From NCBI GenBank assembly GCA_050692555.1, contig JBOGVS010000010.1, positions 5,691 through 69,690 on the forward strand: a stretch of 64,000 nucleotides of DNA, written 5' to 3'. Below the pieces are notes generated by a model. The model did no database searches. It saw only the letters and a list, made by a program, of their open reading frames with translations, and had not been told where the DNA came from. The number at the start of each line of letters is the position of its first letter. The stretch's first letter is position 1. A program made the translations under genes and the position numbers. This DNA is from Actinomycetota bacterium. GTDB taxonomy: Bacteria > Actinomycetota > UBA4738 > CALAEC01. Below, in pieces: positions 60,735 through 64,000 of this stretch.

Positions 60735-61439
60735 TCAGTCGAGGGGAACGTCGACGAGGATCAGCTCGCTGGTCTCGGTGGCCCGCAGGACGAGGGAGCG
60801 CTCATCCCGAACCTTGAGGGCGTCTCCCGTGGCCAGCTTCTCCGAGCCCACGTCGAGCCCGCCAGAGATCAGGTAAAGGTAGGCACCCCGGGTGCCGTCC
60901 TTGAAAGGGTGCTCCACCGCCCCCTGGGGATTGAGCCGGGACACGTACACCCTGGCGTCCGCATGCACCAGGACCGCCGGGTCGCCCTCGGGGGAGACCA
61001 CCTCCAGGAGCCGGTCGGTCCGGTCGGCCTCCGTGTAGACCCGCTGCTCGACCTGGGGTGGCAGGCCCCGCCGGTCCGGCAGGATCCACATCTGGATGAA
61101 CCGCATGGGCTCGGTCTCCGACCCGTTCTGCTCGGAGTGCCAGGCCCCGCTGCCGAGGGTCATCCTCTGGACCGACCCCGCGGGAAGGATTCCGTCGTTC
61201 CCGAGGTTATCCTCATGGCGGAACGTGCCCTCGACGACGTACGTGATCCCTTCGATGTCCCTGTGGGGATGGAGGGGCCAGACGGCCCCGGGAATCAGGC
61301 GATCGTCGTTGAACACCCGCAGCGGCCCCCAGCCCATGTTCTCGGGGTCGTGATAGGTGTCGAAGGAGAAGTGCCAGCGGGCCGAGAACCACCCGCCTTC
61401 CGTGCGGTGGATCTCTTCGTCCCGCCGAACCAGCAGCAT
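60735..61439 (-). CDS. Pirin family protein (YhhW-like)
   Basis: FSFDTYHDP, LRVFNDD, HPHRDIE, HEDNLG, HSEQN, FIQMWILP. Confidence 0.93.
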   Translation of the reverse strand: MLLVRRDEEIHRTEGGWFSARWHFSFDTYHDPENMGWGPLRVFNDDRLIPGAVWPLHPHRDIEGITYVVEGTFRHEDNLGNDGILPAGSVQRMTLGSGAWHSEQNGSETEPMRFIQMWILPDRRGLPPQVEQRVYTEADRTDRLLEVVSPEGDPAVLVHADARVYVSRLNPQGAVEHPFKDGTRGAYLYLISGGLDVGSEKLATGDALKVRDERSLVLRATETSELILVDVPLD

Positions 61440-61471
61440 GACTCCATGATAGAACCGCCAGCCGGAGAGAC

Positions 61472-62398
61472 ATGAGCGAGCGAGCAGAAGCGTTCCACCC
61501 AACCGACATCGACGACCTGCGCCTGTACCTGGAGGCAGCGGGGGCCGAGCCCCTCCTCACCAAGGAGGAGGAGGTCGACCTGGCCATGACCATCGAGCAC
61601 GGCAAGGAGGCCGAGCAGAAGCTGGCCTCGAGCCGGATCCGATCCGAGCGCACCCGTCGCCGCCTGAAGGAAGCAGTCCGACGGGCACGCAAGGCCAGGC
61701 GTCGATTCATCCTGGCCAACCTGCGGCTGGTGGTGTCCATCGCCAAGAAGTACCAGGGCCAGGGCCTCCCGCTCCTCGACCTGATCCAGGAAGGCAACAT
61801 CGGGCTGATGCGTGGAGTGGAGCTGTTCGACTGGCGTCGCGGCTTCAAGTTCTCGACCTACGCGACCTGGTGGATCCGCCAGGCCATCACCCGAGCAATC
61901 GCCGACCGGGGGCGGCAGATCCGGATCCCCGTCCACGTCCACGAGCGGATCCGCAAGGTCCGGCAGGTCCGCGAGCGCCTGATGCAGACGACCGGACGGG
62001 AGCCCACCCCGGAGGAGATCGCGGAGGCCGCGGACGTGCCGGTCGAGGCCCTCGACCAGCTGGAGACCGCTTCCCGGCGAGAGCCCCGGTCGCTCCAGGA
62101 GCCGGTGGGGGAGGACACGGAGCTCGGGGACCTGGTGGCGCTGGTCGAGGCGGAGACGCCCCTGGATGCCGTTGAGGACAGCATGCTCCGCGAGGAGATC
62201 GGCCAGGCCGTGGAGACCGAGCTGGAGCCACTGGAGCAGGACGTGGTGACCCTTCGGTACGGGCTGGGCAACGGCCACCCTCTGAGCCTCCGCGAGGTTG
62301 CGGAGATGGTGGGGGTGTCCGCGGAGACCGTGCGGAAGGTGGAGCGGGTGGCCCTCCGGAAGCTCCGCGACTCGGAGCTGTTCGAGGGCGACCTGTGA
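61472..62398 (+). CDS. Sigma-70 family factor, group 1/2-like lacking region 1.1 (SigB-type)
   Basis: [43 protein letters not shown], region 4 [13 protein letters not shown]. Confidence 0.92.
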   Translation: MSERAEAFHPTDIDDLRLYLEAAGAEPLLTKEEEVDLAMTIEHGKEAEQKLASSRIRSERTRRRLKEAVRRARKARRRFILANLRLVVSIAKKYQGQGLPLLDLIQEGNIGLMRGVELFDWRRGFKFSTYATWWIRQAITRAIADRGRQIRIPVHVHERIRKVRQVRERLMQTTGREPTPEEIAEAADVPVEALDQLETASRREPRSLQEPVGEDTELGDLVALVEAETPLDAVEDSMLREEIGQAVETELEPLEQDVVTLRYGLGNGHPLSLREVAEMVGVSAETVRKVERVALRKLRDSELFEGDL

Positions 62399-62413
62399 TC
62401 TCTCCGCGGTAGC

Positions 62414-63283
62414 GTGCCGGTCGTCGTCACCGGGGCCAACGGGTTCGTTGGACGGGCCACGATCCCCGTGTTCCTCGACCGAGGCTCCGAGGTTCGTGCC
62501 GTGGTCCGCGACCGGGGAGCGGCCCCCGCGCTCCGGGCCCTGGGGGCCAAGGTCGCCATCGCCGGGCTCGAGGATCCCGGTGCCCTGGGCGCCGTCATGC
62601 GGGATGCCCACACCGTCTGCCACCTGGCCGGCTCGATGGACTTTCCCGACGACGACACCTACGAGCGGGTGAACCATGAGCTCACCCGCTCGGTCCTGGA
62701 GGCCGCCACGGAGGCGGGAGTCATCCGGTTCCTGCTCCTCTCCTATCCCGGCGCATCGCCGGACGCGGCCAACGCGTATCTGCGGTCGAAGGGTCGGGCC
62801 GAAGAGGCCGTGCGGGCCTCGGGACTCCAGCACGTGATCCTCCGGTCGACGCATGTCTACGGCCCCGGCAGCCGGTGGCTCCGGGAGAGCGCCGAGGGAG
62901 CCCGGCTCCCGGTGGCCTCCGTGGTCATCGGCCCGGGGACCCAGCGCCTGGCTCCCGCGTTCGTGAAGGACGTGGCTGCGGGACTGGGCGCCGCGGATGA
63001 TCGCTCGGACGAGATCGCCGGGACCTTCGGCCTCCAGGGCCCCGACGTGGTCACCGCCGATGACCTGGCGGACCTCCTGGCCGGGCGGCGCAGGCGGAAG
63101 ATCCACCTGTCCCCCCGGTCGGCCGCCCGATTCGCCCGGTTCCGGGCCCGGGCACCGTCCGTGACAGCACTGGAGGTGCTGGCCGCCGATTCCCTGGCCG
63201 ATGCCCCCGATGCCTTCGCGGAGTTCGGTTTGCCGCGAACGCCCCTTTTGGAGGGGCTCCGGACTACGTCACCGAAGGCTTGA
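62414..63283 (+). CDS. NAD(P)-binding atypical SDR (NDUFA9/epimerase-like)
   Basis: TGANGFVG, YLRSKGRAEE, ILRSTHVYGPG. Confidence 0.88.
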   Translation: MPVVVTGANGFVGRATIPVFLDRGSEVRAVVRDRGAAPALRALGAKVAIAGLEDPGALGAVMRDAHTVCHLAGSMDFPDDDTYERVNHELTRSVLEAATEAGVIRFLLLSYPGASPDAANAYLRSKGRAEEAVRASGLQHVILRSTHVYGPGSRWLRESAEGARLPVASVVIGPGTQRLAPAFVKDVAAGLGAADDRSDEIAGTFGLQGPDVVTADDLADLLAGRRRRKIHLSPRSAARFARFRARAPSVTALEVLAADSLADAPDAFAEFGLPRTPLLEGLRTTSPKA

Positions 63284-63369
63284 CCAGGGGTATGAGGCCA
63301 ACTTACACTCCGCGCGACGATACGAGCGCCCCAGGTACGGGCCCCGTTCCCGCGGGGGGAGGAGGAGAG

Positions 63370-64000
63370 ATGAGAAGACTTGCCCTAGGACTTGCCCTTG
63401 CGCTTGTCCTGGTTCCCATGGCCGCCGTAGGGCCGGCATCCGGCCAGGCCGGAGGAGCCGGCGGACCGATCGTCCTGATGGGGATCGACGCCGAGGACGG
63501 GGGCCCGGGAGGCCACGGGCCGACCGACGTGTATGCCAGCGTCCTGACGAACGGGTTGATCGCCAAGGCCGCCAAGGGCGCCGGCCTGCTGGTCATCGGA
63601 GGCAACAAGAGCGCCACCGACGACGTCACCGAGTTCTGGAACGAGGTGGCCACCAAGGCCGGGATCGCCGTGACCTACGCGAACGGCGCGGCCATCGACA
63701 CCGTGGACTTCACCCCGTTCAAGATCATCGCGGTCGCCAGCGACGAGGACCAGACTCCCGGCGGCGGCCTGACCCAGGCGGAGAACGACTCCCTGGCCGC
63801 TCGCCGGAACGCCATCGCTCAACACGTGAACGCGAACGGCGGGCTGTTCGGGATGGCCAGCACGTTCACCGCGGGCGCCGGAGCGTACGGCTACCTGGCC
63901 GCGGTGGGGTCGTTCCAGGTCTCCACCACCAGCTTCGACGACATCACCTCGACGGCCGATGGGCAGGCGGTGGGGATTAACGACACCGACCTGGACGTGT
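63370..64000 (+). CDS. Secreted hypothetical protein, truncated by window end
   Basis: GGAGGAG RBS, ATG 63370, signal peptide MRRLALGLALALVLVPMAAVGPASG; frame open to the window edge. Confidence 0.8.
   Translation, partial: MRRLALGLALALVLVPMAAVGPASGQAGGAGGPIVLMGIDAEDGGPGGHGPTDVYASVLTNGLIAKAAKGAGLLVIGGNKSATDDVTEFWNEVATKAGIAVTYANGAAIDTVDFTPFKIIAVASDEDQTPGGGLTQAENDSLAARRNAIAQHVNANGGLFGMASTFTAGAGAYGYLAAVGSFQVSTTSFDDITSTADGQAVGINDTDLDV

Overview
A high-GC (roughly 70% by eye) Actinomycetota chromosome segment, probably from a deep-branching lineage. That placement is inferred from WhiB, F420 fbiABC, DUF3499/DUF5719, a raiA-motif RNA, a retained prfB frameshift and a Sec-containing SelD. In order, it holds the tail of an acyl-CoA metabolism cluster and a cell-wall glycan locus (LCP, rmlA/B/D, wzm/wzt, glycosyltransferases, NDP-mannose synthase). 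Next come a frameshifted SpoIID/LytB gene, F420 biosynthesis genes, and whiB followed by a protamine-like gene. The conserved GT2-DUF5719-DUF3499-manB-Trm112-PGI/PMI-ahcY-comF-hpf-secA-prfB-ftsEX-smpB-ssrA backbone follows. After it lie an accessory block downstream of tmRNA, selD, mec-moeB-cysO-cysM, murI-rph-rdgB, and a stress-type cluster (pirin, group-2-like sigma factor). Several items stand out. One is an unassigned ~245-nt structured intergenic RNA candidate (28601-28845). Another is a four-gene operon joining a protein of 14 tandem 11-mer repeats to a PAS protein, an MBL hydrolase and a patatin lipase. The rest are a 49% Lys/Arg protein behind whiB, the raiA-motif ncRNA, UGA-recoded SelD next to a CysO sulfur-carrier pathway, an internally deleted rmlC remnant and a CtpA lacking its catalytic Ser. 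No CRISPR array, rRNA, tRNA or intact transposase was seen. All family assignments come from motif recognition, not database searches.
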